A DNA stretch of 64,000 nt from an uncultured delta proteobacterium. GTDB lineage: Bacteria; Desulfobacterota; Desulfuromonadia; Geobacterales; DSM-12255. The stretch is taken from positions 21,679-85,678 of the forward strand of contig CAWBBV010000016.1 in NCBI GenBank assembly GCA_963787125.1. Reading direction: 5' to 3'. The notes beneath the pieces are model-generated. The model ran no database searches. It was not told the DNA's origin and saw only the letters and a program-made list of their open reading frames with translations. This document shows positions 1-9,857 of the stretch, in pieces; position 1 is the stretch's first letter, and the number at the start of each line of letters is the position of its first letter. The position numbers and the translations under genes were made by a program.

Positions 1-3000
1 TCACACCCTCTCTTAGTCCGGTCACACTGCAGCTCCACGTAGTCGGAGTAGTAAATGATACCGGACCCGCAACAGTGCCCGGGTCGACAGCTATGGTGAC
101 AATTGCCCCGGCGTCGGTTGTCCCGCTGATAGTCTGGAAATTCAGATTTGTGGGTGTTACGCCGGGATTGACTAATAATCCGGGCGGAGTCGTGACAATT
201 GAAATATCCGCTATAATTGTATTGCTGTAGGCTTGCGACCAGTTACCCACAGCATCCTTGAACCGTGCATAGACGGTCTTTATTCCCATCTCTCCACTCA
301 AGATCCAGTTCTTGCTGTTCGTATATGGTTCAGGGGCAGACCAACCGTCATTATCGTTGCTGAACTGCATTTCTGTAACACCGGAAATATCAACAGCGGC
401 AAAGCTTAACAAAACAGCAGAAGACGTTGTCACCGTTGCACCATTGTTGATAAACAGCCCGTTGCCGTTTACAATCGGCACAACAGTCGGGATTTCGCTG
501 AATTGAGTTATTCCATCGGCAAATAAACCGCTCCAACTATCCCCCCAGCCCCATAGAGATCCGTCGTCTTTTATTACCAACGAACTACTCCCTTTAATGT
601 CAGCAAGCGAAGATACGTTGGTCACTTTTGATTTTACCGGTGCTGTACCACTTTGATCCATGCTGTCAATCTGCTGACCACAATAATCCCCTCCCCAACA
701 CCAAAGGGTCCTGTCTTTTTTCAGAGCGATTACACGCCCCCACCCGGCAGAAACTGCATTCCAGTTAGTATCCAAACCAATTTGTATCGGGACTAATGTG
801 CCTTCCGGATCAACATCTCCTAGCTGACCGGATTCATTTGTCCCCCATCCCCAAAGGGTGCCATTAGATTTTATGGCCATTGTAAAATCGTTACCTGCTG
901 TTATTGACTGCCAATCAGTGTCAGTGCCGATTTTCGTCGGAAGAAATTTACTTTCTCTAGTTCCATCACCTAATTGTCCAGAATAATTATTTCCCCACGT
1001 CCAAAGTGAGCCGTCTGACTTTAAAGCCACTATATAGGCATCACCGCCAGCGGCTATTGCCAACCAATCGCTATCCGTGCCAATCCGGGAAGGCACTAAC
1101 TTGGGCTCTGTTGTCTCATCACCCAACGTACCGTAATCATTGCTGCCCCACCCCCACAATGTGCCATCTTTTTTCAGGGCAAATGAGTTATTCCCACCTG
1201 CGGCTAAGGCACGCCAGTCATTGTCCTGCCCAATCTTGACTGGAACCAGTTTATCCTCGGTGGTTCCGTCTCCCAGCCGGCCTGAGTAATTTGACCCCCA
1301 AGCCCAGAGGCTGCCATCTTTTTTCAGCGCCAAAGTATGAACGAACCCAGCAATTACCTCAGACCAATCCACATCGGTTCCTATTCGTACCGGGGACAAT
1401 TTGTCCTCTGTAGTGCCATCACCGACCTGCCCACTAGCATTCCAGCCCCAGGACCAGAGGCTGCCGTCCTTGAGCACGGCAACAGTATGGGCATATGAAG
1501 AGACACTTATTACCGGGCTTACAAGGATTGGCGAGGTTAAATCGACGACAAAACTCCGCTCTGCATAGCCCATATTCCCAGCTACATCCGTGGCTTCGAT
1601 GCGCACTGTATGCATTCCGTCCGTCAGGTGATCAAGATAGTCGCCGGATGATTTTGCTACAACTACTCCGTCTACTTTGACGACTACTGTGCCGACGTTG
1701 GCTGTAAATGTCAGCAGAGGGACCGCATTAGAGGTAAACCCTGATTGGGGAGCAGTAATGATCACTTTAAGTATCTCGGTCAAAGAGATCGATGCACTCT
1801 GCTCAATAGACCAGTTTCCCGCTGCATCACCATATTTAACGAAGAGCTGTTTCATCCCGTCACCGGATGCAAAAGTCCACAACCTTGCTGAAGAATATTC
1901 CTCAGGAAACGTCCAGTTGGAGCGGTCAGTGCTGAATTTCATGCGAGTAACGCCGGTATCATCACTTGCGTTTAGAGTCAGTTGAACAGTCGTTACGCCG
2001 GTTATCTCCGCACCGCTGTTGATGGTGATTGAACCAGTCGGGGAAATAATGTCATAGACTATAGAGGCAGTAGCATTGCCACTGTTACCGGCTGCATTGA
2101 CGGCGGTTACAGTGATGTCATTGCCGTTGGCATTGAAGCCGCTGACCACCACACTCCAAGTTGTGGCAGAACGATAGATAACTTTACCGACAAAGGCTGT
2201 CGCGCAATTGACAGTAATCATTGCGCCGGAGTCTCTTGTGCCGGTAATCGTCTGCCTATTCTGATTGGTCGGGCTTATTACTGTGTCTATGGCAACTGCC
2301 GGCGCTGTAATGTCGTAGATGACATTGCGCTGGACAGAAGTAATTTCTTCACCAACTGCATTAGTCGCAGAAACGTAGACTGCATAATCCCTTTTTTCAT
2401 AGCCATTCTCACCTCCTACAGGGAAATACAAGATCTGTTCAAATGCGCCGTCGACAACCTGCGGAGTATACAACCATCCATTCACGTAAATATTGATACC
2501 AGCCACAGACTGTGGATCTACTGTTCCCTTTATTATATTTTTGCCTGTCAGAATGTCCTGCCCAGGGTCGGTTATCGCCAGCGACGGTTTCTGAGCGTCG
2601 AAAAACAGTGTCCGCTTCGCATTATTCTGCTTTCCTGTAAGATCGGTGGCGGTTATTTCGATCGTGTTCCATCCGGGAAGTAGAGATAACGCTACAGTGA
2701 AGACAGAACCACTCATTTCGGCTATCTGAACATTTTCGCCCAGTTTGACTTGTACAGTCGTGCCTTCAGTTACAGTACCGGTGATAGATATAAGCGGAGT
2801 TGCAGAGTTACTGTTGTCAGCCGGTGCGGTGATAGTCAGCACAGGGGCTGCTTGATCAAAAATTATCGTACGTGTTTCTGTTACTTTATGCCCCAGAGCA
2901 TCGAGCACAGTTACTGTCACATCATTGCTCCCCTCCTGTAGCAACAGCGCATGACTGAAGCTGCTGTCGAAATTAACCGGCACCTGAATGCCATTGATAA

Positions 3001-6000
3001 TTATTGATTTATCGAGGTCGAACATGCTTGTTGCGTTGCCGGCAATATTTAATGTCTGGTTATTGGTAACTGCGCCGTTTGCCAGGGTGGAAAGCAGCAA
3101 CGACGGTGGCGGTGTGGCCATCACATTAAACCGAGTCAAAGCAAGAGGGGGGGCAGTGTCACGGAGAGGGTCATAATACCAACCATCTGCTGGAACGGAG
3201 ATGCGAAGCGCAGCGAGATAATTTCGCTCATTCAAGGAAGTTGTCGGCAAGTTGATATTGCCACTAAATGTGCCCTGCTGGGAGAAGGTAACCAGTCTTG
3301 TAGATTGAGCCATGACCTCATATGTATCTGGGTTAATCGCTTGTACAACGATGAATCGCTCCATATGCTCATTACCATTATTGACAAGAGTGACAGCAAA
3401 AACCTCGTCAACACTCTGATAGACTGAATTAATTGTTGGCGCAATAGTGCCAGCCAACTCAGTTCTTGTATACGCAGAGGAGCGGATGTAAAAATATTCT
3501 TCGCTTGTGGCAAGAACAACTCCACCTGCTTCCACTTCAAGCCTGACGTAGTAAGCTCCTTCGGGATGACTACCGCTGTTCCAGTACCTGCTAAATGTAT
3601 ATGATCGTCCCGCGTCGAGCGTTGGCAATATAAACCGGTCGGCAAAAAACACTTCTCCTGAACTGTTGGATATCAGCACTTTTGCAGTCAGGCTCTCGAC
3701 ATTTAAACCAACATCCAGACAGGTTACAGTTGCGGCAACGGCAACCGGCTTGTTGGCATCGTAGACAAATTTGTCTGTAACCGCCTTCACATTAACTTTG
3801 GCAACCTGTTTGGGAGCCGTGTAAACGACACTCTTTGTTAATTGCAGTGCAAGATCTCCGGAAATATTAAAAGTATTGATTTTATTGGCCGTGATTTGTT
3901 GCTGATATTGCAATGTTTTGGTCTGTCCAGCCGGAATAATCACCGTTTCCACTATTGAGTTAACTGAGTTGGCAACGGAAACCACAGCAGCAATCCTGCT
4001 GCTGTTTACCAAAGTGAGCGTCAAGGTAAACGGGTCGCTACCGGCACTTTCCGGCCCATTTAAGGTTGCAGTCACCTTCGGGCTGACTACTTCATAATAA
4101 TCGGCTACTGAAGCCAGAGTTGCAGCACTCTGTATAATAGTCGCCGTCAAGTTAACCAGTCCGTCTGTTCCTGCTATGGTAGTCACCTTGAAAGGATGGC
4201 TGGAACCGGCAGGGATGGAAAAGGTATCCTGCAGGAGGTTCTCGCTCACGGCAAAGACCCTTGCCTTGACTGTCAGAGACAGGTTAGCCGCCTCTATGGT
4301 AGCCAGGTTGGTAACTTCACCGCTGATGGTGACGGTTTCACCCGGTTTGTACATTTTCCTGTCCGGGTTGATGCTGAAGAGCGTGTCACCCTGGACGACA
4401 TAGAACGGATACTCCGCTGTGGCAAAGGCCTGGCCAGTGTTTGCAGTGAGAGTTCCTTGCAGATAATATTTGCCGATCTGGCCGATTGCGCCAATGAGGT
4501 TGTTCGGGTCTGCAAGAACTCCTTGCGCCAGATTTACTGGGATATCGGTCTGCCAGAATATATCTCCGGGTTTATGTTCACGACTGACGGTAATATCACG
4601 CAGAACCGGAGTGACAGCTCTATCAGTAGTGGACAGGGTTCCCTCCACTTCGATCCAGCGACCTTTTGGACTCGTAATCTGCGAACCGCTTGCCGTTAGA
4701 TAACTGCTCCATGTGGCCTCGGCCAAGTCTGCTTCCGTCTCAGCAGTGCGTGTCCTGAACTTCATGGCTGTACCGTTAGGCATATCTCCATTAAAAGTCA
4801 GCTTGTCCCAAGTCTCCGAATTGGCGGCGCTGTCATACTTAAGGTTCAGTGTCCCGGAATCAGGATACGTCTGGGTGGTGACAAGGAAATTATCGTATTG
4901 AACATTGCTGTTACCAGTGGGACCAAAGTTGAGCAACGACAGGTATGCCGGACCGCTTATTGGCTCTCCACCATAGCTCATCATATTATCCCAGTTTGAG
5001 CCGTTCCAAAAGTACAGGTCTAAACTACTGCCGACACGTTTGATCCGGAACTTGCCGTTAAGTAAGACCGGGCCGGTATTGCGGTATTGACCGTACGAAT
5101 CGATGACCCCATATGTTGGCGATGAGCCCCAAACATCAATCCGGGCGCTCCAACCGCCAACAGAGACCATCATGCCTGCCGGATGATTATTAGACGCTGG
5201 TTGCCAGGGACTGACGATGTTGTAATCTACCATAGCGTCAAAATCGCCTGTCAGCGGCGCTCTTGTGGTAGCCGATGTTCCGTTCCAACCACCGGTTGAC
5301 CAGGGGAGATCCAGCAAAAAGTAGCCGTTCTCCTCCATAGGCAGAGGCCCATTCGGGGCAGATCCCAACGACCATCTATCAATATCAAGGACGCCATCAT
5401 TGAAATTGTCCGAGAAGGCAAGCAGGGTTACAGCGTCAACTGTTTCGATTGTGTCGACTCCGTTTCGCGTCCCTTGCTGAAAATCAGCCTGGCTGGTCCA
5501 GGTTTGCTGTTTATTACTGCCGGTTGCGCTGGTCACCTGAAGATGAAGATTCCCATCCTGTAAGGCTATGCCGCTATTGGTAATACTGCTCAGGCTATTA
5601 ATCCCTTCCGTTGTCAGATAATTCTGCTTGCCGGTCTGTACCGTAAGAGACCCTTTAACACCGCTTATTGTAAGTGGGTGAGTAACGGTCTCTTCCTTGC
5701 CAGTGGTAAGGTCTTTGAAATTGATCACCAGATTGTAGCTGCCATCCACTGCGCCAGCCGGTATTACCAGTGCCGGTGAGAGTGATCCTCCGGCCATTAC
5801 CGTTACACTGTCATTTTTAGCGGCAACAGGCATCCCTTTGGCATCATAAAGACGCAAACTGAGCTCTAATGGCGAGTCAACGCCACCGCTGTTGCTTATG
5901 ACATGATTGATGGTATCACCAGCGTTATATTTACCGGGCAATGGCATCAGCGTTAGAACCGCCTCGAAAATCACCAGCTTGGTCCCTTTGGTCGCGGACG

Positions 6001-9000
6001 AATTGCTTGGGAGCGTAACAGTCGCGATGACATTATGCTCTCCAGAGGTGAAGTATTCACGGATCTGAACCCGATAGAGAAACGTGCTGCCGTTGGCGCT
6101 GCCAACAGCCGGTGCCGAAGAAAGGGTCTCAGTCATGGACATGTTAGCATCTGGCACTGTTACCGTAACTGACGTTCCGGCATCCAGGTTAAATCTTCCG
6201 GTGTTATTCAACCTGAGTGTCAGCCCGGCAGTACTTCTGACCCGGTGGGAGTTACTGTCAAAGGTGGCATCAATTGCTAAAGTGTTGGGGAGAGCTATTG
6301 ATGTAGCCATTCCGTTTCTGGTCTCGTCACTCTGCGAGTAGTCAAGGGTATAAGTGCCGAATTTAAGCGGCGGGACAGTTATGGTGGTAGAGAGCGTTTT
6401 GCTCTCCCCTACGTTCAAACTGAAAGGCTGTTCAGCGGTTGCTACCGACTGCCCATCCGGATCTTTCAAGGTCACGGTGAGGTTGCCGGAGGCTATGGGG
6501 AGAGTGCCGCTGTTGGCAAGGTTGAAGCTTATGGAATTAGGACCGCTGGAAAATGCCGCGGGAAGCAGCGGATTTACGGTTATCCGGCTGACTGCCACGC
6601 CGAAGCTTTGTGTAGCGCTGCCTATCCAGATGCCGGTCGCGTCATACATGTTTGCTGTGACAGTGTAGTTCCCGCCCAGAGCGGACAAGGGGAGCGGAAA
6701 GCTCTGGTTGAGGGTCAGGCTGCCGTCAGCGGCCAGGTTCGCTGGACTACTTGTGTCGTAAACAGTCATGCCGTTTGGGTCAATCACCTCAAGTCGTAAG
6801 GTTGCTGCCAACTCTATTGACTGGGGGTTTTGCAGGGCAGCGGATATGTTGATTGTCTCACCTTTGGAGTAAACGGTCTTGTCGGTCTGTACAGCTACAG
6901 AAACCGTTGGGGAAAGGTTGTTAAAGAGGGTCGGGCTGAAGATCAGTATCCCCCCCGGTTCCAGGGAAGCGGTGAAACTGGCCGGGAAATAGCCGGCTCG
7001 CGCAGTGGCGGCTGTGACAGTGACCAGGCCGGGGGTGACGTTATCCAGGCTGTAAACCCCTTCGCTGGTGGAGGCGGTCTGATTGTCCCCACCTCCTCTT
7101 GCCAAGATTACGGCATCGGCAAAGGGGAGATTGGTCATGCCGTCCGTCACCGTTCCTCTTATTGTGGCAGGCAGCGGGTTCGAAGACAGAGGGATGCTGC
7201 CGGCGTTATTGACCATGCCCGGCAATATTGCTGTGGTCAGGGTGCGCAAGGAGTAACCGCTCAGCGAGATGGTGACCTGCTGCACCCCCTTTGGCAAGGC
7301 AGCAAAGGTGAATATGCCACTGCTGTCTGTTGTCACGCTCACAGCAGGGTCGGCAATTGTTGTCAGGGCGACTCCTGCAAGCGGCTGCCCCGAAACAGCA
7401 TCAACCACTATTCCACTAAGACTTCCTTTGGTCTCCAGGGGAGTAAGAGCAACATCCAACTGCTGTGTCCACATCGCGGCTTTGCCACCAGGCTGTTTCA
7501 AAATGATGGTTCTACCTACATAGCCGCTGGCAGCAATCTTGACCGTAAATCCCATCTCCTTGATGTCGGCAACAACATAAGTTCCGGCAAAGTCGGTACG
7601 GGCAGTGAGATTGGAGCCAACGACCATGATTTCGGCAGCAGTGATTGGCAGCCTGGTGAGGCTGTCGGTCACCATGCCGGTAAGGGTTATGGTGTTGGCA
7701 GACATGACGAGGCGGATTGTTCCCAGATCGGTGGTGACGCCGGGAGTGATGACCAAGCGGAAGGTCTGGCTGATAAAACCGCTCATACCCACTGTCACCT
7801 GGTAGGTATTAGGAGCCAGCCCCTCGAAAGTGAATTTGCCGCCGTCGTCAGGGTTGGGGTCTACAAATGCGCCGCCGGAGATGGTGACTCTTACCCCCTG
7901 CTCTCCCAGCAGGTGGTCGATAGGCAGTCCCCACAGGTCGCCGACAACCCGGCCAATAATGGTACCGGTGGTGATCGTTGAAGGGGTGGCACTGAGTCGC
8001 GGGGAGATAGCAAGAGTGGTACGAGCGTAGACCCTTCCCGTGCCGCTGAAGCTCAGGTAGCCGGTTTTGGTTGCCGTGATGGTGACGTCACCGGGGGTGA
8101 CATAGCTGAAGGAGAAGGCACCGTCTGCCCCGGTCAAGGCGTTGCCGCTCCAGGCGCCGCTGACTGCGATGGCGACTTCTGGCAGAGGCTTTCCTGACGG
8201 ATCCAGAATGGTGCCGCTGATAGTGCCGGTGGTGTAGGCGGAGGTTATGGCAACTATTCCGAGGCTGACGCTGGTGTCAGCTATTGAGGTGGCGGAAGCA
8301 GATGCAGATAAATAGCCGGAAAGAGTAAAAACAATCTTCTGTGCGCCTGGCGGCACATCCGCAAGGGTGAAGTTGCCGGAGGCATCGGTGACTGTGTTGA
8401 TCACAGGGTTGTTCTCCAGGACAACAGCCACTCCATTGACCCCTTGGCGGGTTATAGTGTCAAGCAGAGTCCCTGTGATTTTACCGGCAGATGGTGGTGC
8501 AGGGGGTGGCGCGGGGCGGTTTTCAAAGAGGTATATTGCTTTTATGGCAAGCGCCGTGGCATAGGGATCGTCGTTCCAGGAGCCATTCAAGGACTGGGCT
8601 CCTGTCAAAAAGTTAATTGCATTTTGTAGAGGCAAGTCTTGTGTTTGCCCATTACCTACCAGAGCGATGAACGCTAGGGCGGTTTCGTAGGCGGTGCCGA
8701 AACCACCGTCCAGGTTCTGGTGAGCAAGGAGATAGGTCGTGGCTCTGTTTACGGCGGTGGCGATGCTGATCATCTGCGGGAACTGTTGCAGAGTGGCGGA
8801 GACGATGGCGGTCAGGTAGATGTTGCTGTCATCGCCAACTGAGAAGCCCCAGCCGCCGTCGGGGTTCTGGCTGCTGGTGAGGTAGGCGAGAGCGTTGTTG
8901 ATGATAGTGATGTCGGAGAAGTTGGTGGCTTTTAGGGCCTGAAGGGCAAGGGAAGTGTCAAGAGAGTTGACAAAATATCCTTCATCCCCTCCCCAGGCTC

Positions 9001-9361
9001 CTTTGGATGGATCGATAAGGGGTAAAAGAGCATTGATGCTATTGCCGGTAAGACTCAGGACGCGGATTTGGTCAGCGAGGGTATCAACGGAAAGCGGCGT
9101 CTGCCCTTGCAGCCAGGAAGCGCCGGTGGTATAGGAGGTTCCGGCGGTCTGGTTCAGGAGTTTGAGAGTTTCCAGTGCGCCAACCGTGACAGCGGTGGTC
9201 TCAACCGGAGTGGTACTGGTCTCCCAGGTGCCATCAGGGTTTTGGGATGCGGAGAGGTAGCCAAGGCCGCTTGCTATCTGCGGTAGCTGGGCGTGAGCCG
9301 CCATGGTGAATATCAATGAGCAGAACATCGCCAAAATAATGAACAACTGCCGTCTATGCAT
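1..9361 (-). CDS. Giant secreted/cell-surface multidomain protein; N-terminal >3,100 codons, C-terminus beyond the left window edge
   Basis: Missing from the ORF track because it has no in-window stop. Minus-strand frame opens at ATG 9361..9359 (AGGAGG 5 nt upstream); no other minus ORF is listed in that frame down to nt 1. My translation: MHRRQLFIILAMFCSLIFTMAAHAQ (signal peptide). SQNPDGTW/SQNPDGGWG/HQNLDGGFG/AQSLNGSWN repeats, prenyltransferase/terpene-cyclase-like (~8530-9290). Many carboxypeptidase-regulatory-like beta-sandwich repeats (~6800-8500). Ig-like modules. A ConA/LamG-like segment (~4900-5460: FSDNFNDGVLDIDRWS...GKFRIKRVGSSLDLYFWNGSNW). RCC1-type propeller repeats (~540-1490: KDGSLWSWGWNASGQVGDG, KDGSLWAWGSNYSGRLGDG, SDGSLWTWGNNYSGQLGDG). 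Confidence 0.85.
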   Translation of the reverse strand, partial: MHRRQLFIILAMFCSLIFTMAAHAQLPQIASGLGYLSASQNPDGTWETSTTPVETTAVTVGALETLKLLNQTAGTSYTTGASWLQGQTPLSVDTLADQIRVLSLTGNSINALLPLIDPSKGAWGGDEGYFVNSLDTSLALQALKATNFSDITIINNALAYLTSSQNPDGGWGFSVGDDSNIYLTAIVSATLQQFPQMISIATAVNRATTYLLAHQNLDGGFGTAYETALAFIALVGNGQTQDLPLQNAINFLTGAQSLNGSWNDDPYATALAIKAIYLFENRPAPPPAPPSAGKITGTLLDTITRQGVNGVAVVLENNPVINTVTDASGNFTLADVPPGAQKIVFTLSGYLSASASATSIADTSVSLGIVAITSAYTTGTISGTILDPSGKPLPEVAIAVSGAWSGNALTGADGAFSFSYVTPGDVTITATKTGYLSFSGTGRVYARTTLAISPRLSATPSTITTGTIIGRVVGDLWGLPIDHLLGEQGVRVTISGGAFVDPNPDDGGKFTFEGLAPNTYQVTVGMSGFISQTFRLVITPGVTTDLGTIRLVMSANTITLTGMVTDSLTRLPITAAEIMVVGSNLTARTDFAGTYVVADIKEMGFTVKIAASGYVGRTIILKQPGGKAAMWTQQLDVALTPLETKGSLSGIVVDAVSGQPLAGVALTTIADPAVSVTTDSSGIFTFAALPKGVQQVTISLSGYSLRTLTTAILPGMVNNAGSIPLSSNPLPATIRGTVTDGMTNLPFADAVILARGGGDNQTASTSEGVYSLDNVTPGLVTVTAATARAGYFPASFTASLEPGGILIFSPTLFNNLSPTVSVAVQTDKTVYSKGETINISAALQNPQSIELAATLRLEVIDPNGMTVYDTSSPANLAADGSLTLNQSFPLPLSALGGNYTVTANMYDATGIWIGSATQSFGVAVSRITVNPLLPAAFSSGPNSISFNLANSGTLPIASGNLTVTLKDPDGQSVATAEQPFSLNVGESKTLSTTITVPPLKFGTYTLDYSQSDETRNGMATSIALPNTLAIDATFDSNSHRVRSTAGLTLRLNNTGRFNLDAGTSVTVTVPDANMSMTETLSSAPAVGSANGSTFLYRVQIREYFTSGEHNVIATVTLPSNSSATKGTKLVIFEAVLTLMPLPGKYNAGDTINHVISNSGGVDSPLELSLRLYDAKGMPVAAKNDSVTVMAGGSLSPALVIPAGAVDGSYNLVINFKDLTTGKEETVTHPLTISGVKGSLTVQTGKQNYLTTEGINSLSSITNSGIALQDGNLHLQVTSATGSNKQQTWTSQADFQQGTRNGVDTIETVDAVTLLAFSDNFNDGVLDIDRWSLGSAPNGPLPMEENGYFLLDLPWSTGGWNGTSATTRAPLTGDFDAMVDYNIVSPWQPASNNHPAGMMVSVGGWSARIDVWGSSPTYGVIDSYGQYRNTGPVLLNGKFRIKRVGSSLDLYFWNGSNWDNMMSYGGEPISGPAYLSLLNFGPTGNSNVQYDNFLVTTQTYPDSGTLNLKYDSAANSETWDKLTFNGDMPNGTAMKFRTRTAETEADLAEATWSSYLTASGSQITSPKGRWIEVEGTLSTTDRAVTPVLRDITVSREHKPGDIFWQTDIPVNLAQGVLADPNNLIGAIGQIGKYYLQGTLTANTGQAFATAEYPFYVVQGDTLFSINPDRKMYKPGETVTISGEVTNLATIEAANLSLTVKARVFAVSENLLQDTFSIPAGSSHPFKVTTIAGTDGLVNLTATIIQSAATLASVADYYEVVSPKVTATLNGPESAGSDPFTLTLTLVNSSRIAAVVSVANSVNSIVETVIIPAGQTKTLQYQQQITANKINTFNISGDLALQLTKSVVYTAPKQVAKVNVKAVTDKFVYDANKPVAVAATVTCLDVGLNVESLTAKVLISNSSGEVFFADRFILPTLDAGRSYTFSRYWNSGSHPEGAYYVRLEVEAGGVVLATSEEYFYIRSSAYTRTELAGTIAPTINSVYQSVDEVFAVTLVNNGNEHMERFIVVQAINPDTYEVMAQSTRLVTFSQQGTFSGNINLPTTSLNERNYLAALRISVPADGWYYDPLRDTAPPLALTRFNVMATPPPSLLLSTLANGAVTNNQTLNIAGNATSMFDLDKSIIINGIQVPVNFDSSFSHALLLQEGSNDVTVTVLDALGHKVTETRTIIFDQAAPVLTITAPADNSNSATPLISITGTVTEGTTVQVKLGENVQIAEMSGSVFTVALSLLPGWNTIEITATDLTGKQNNAKRTLFFDAQKPSLAITDPGQDILTGKNIIKGTVDPQSVAGINIYVNGWLYTPQVVDGAFEQILYFPVGGENGYEKRDYAVYVSATNAVGEEITSVQRNVIYDITAPAVAIDTVISPTNQNRQTITGTRDSGAMITVNCATAFVGKVIYRSATTWSVVVSGFNANGNDITVTAVNAAGNSGNATASIVYDIISPTGSITINSGAEITGVTTVQLTLNASDDTGVTRMKFSTDRSNWTFPEEYSSARLWTFASGDGMKQLFVKYGDAAGNWSIEQSASISLTEILKVIITAPQSGFTSNAVPLLTFTANVGTVVVKVDGVVVAKSSGDYLDHLTDGMHTVRIEATDVAGNMGYAERSFVVDLTSPILVSPVISVSSYAHTVAVLKDGSLWSWGWNASGQVGDGTTEDKLSPVRIGTDVDWSEVIAGFVHTLALKKDGSLWAWGSNYSGRLGDGTTEDKLVPVKIGQDNDWRALAAGGNNSFALKKDGTLWGWGSNDYGTLGDETTEPKLVPSRIGTDSDWLAIAAGGDAYIVALKSDGSLWTWGNNYSGQLGDGTRESKFLPTKIGTDTDWQSITAGNDFTMAIKSNGTLWGWGTNESGQLGDVDPEGTLVPIQIGLDTNWNAVSAGWGRVIALKKDRTLWCWGGDYCGQQIDSMDQSGTAPVKSKVTNVSSLADIKGSSSLVIKDDGSLWGWGDSWSGLFADGITQFSEIPTVVPIVNGNGLFINNGATVTTSSAVLLSFAAVDISGVTEMQFSNDNDGWSAPEPYTNSKNWILSGEMGIKTVYARFKDAVGNWSQAYSNTIIADISIVTTPPGLLVNPGVTPTNLNFQTISGTTDAGAIVTIAVDPGTVAGPVSFTTPTTWSCSVTGLREGV

Positions 9362-9396
9362 AAAATCCTCCTAATTATAAAAAGGGCACTATCAAT

Positions 9397-9837
9397 TCAT
9401 TTACTTGTGGCTATTTCATTTACCCTACGTATTAAATCAGCTGCTTGTGAAATAAACTTTAATTCTATTCTATTGCTATCAAACTCAATAATAATACATC
9501 CACGTTTTGCATCTGTTATAGATATATTTGATAAATTAGATAACGGTATTATATTAATAATCCTATCCATTTTCATAAATGAGTCATATTTCGGCATATC
9601 AAGCTCAATTCTATCATTATATAATGTTATTGCTTGACTGGAACTTTTACATAATAAAAGTAGAAGTATTAGTAAAATAATAGATATAGCTATAAATAAC
9701 CATGCCATTAAATATATTTTACTTACATATAAAACTATTGAAATAGATGTAATTACACACCACGTGAAAGCTAGATATATCACAATATTAATCTTAGAAA
9801 ATGACTTATTGTAAAATAATATATTGCAATTATTCAT
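9397..9837 (-). CDS. Small AT-rich membrane protein (2 predicted TM helices + ~75-aa soluble tail); candidate cognate partner/immunity gene of paralogue A
   Basis: 146-aa ORF. Hydrophobic stretches IVIYLAFTWCVITSISIVLYV and WLFIAISIILLILLLLL. My hand count of a 60-nt sample (9421-9480) gives 30% GC. Removing the IS1380 element makes its ATG overlap the stop of paralogue A (ATGA). Confidence 0.7.
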   Translation of the reverse strand: MNNCNILFYNKSFSKINIVIYLAFTWCVITSISIVLYVSKIYLMAWLFIAISIILLILLLLLCKSSSQAITLYNDRIELDMPKYDSFMKMDRIINIIPLSNLSNISITDAKRGCIIIEFDSNRIELKFISQAADLIRRVNEIATSK

Positions 9838-9857
9838 ACTGTCTCCTCTCGTTTAAT

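Noticed and set aside
3232-3645. 137-aa minus-strand ORF
   Set aside because: It is in a different frame from, and fully inside, the giant minus-strand CDS; there is no motif or RBS support.
6830-7981. 383-aa plus-strand ORF, and the many other plus-strand ORFs between 312 and 9286
   Set aside because: All lie antisense to the continuous giant minus-strand frame. Their translations are Gly/Arg/Ser-rich low-complexity strings typical of shadow ORFs opposite a GC-biased coding frame.
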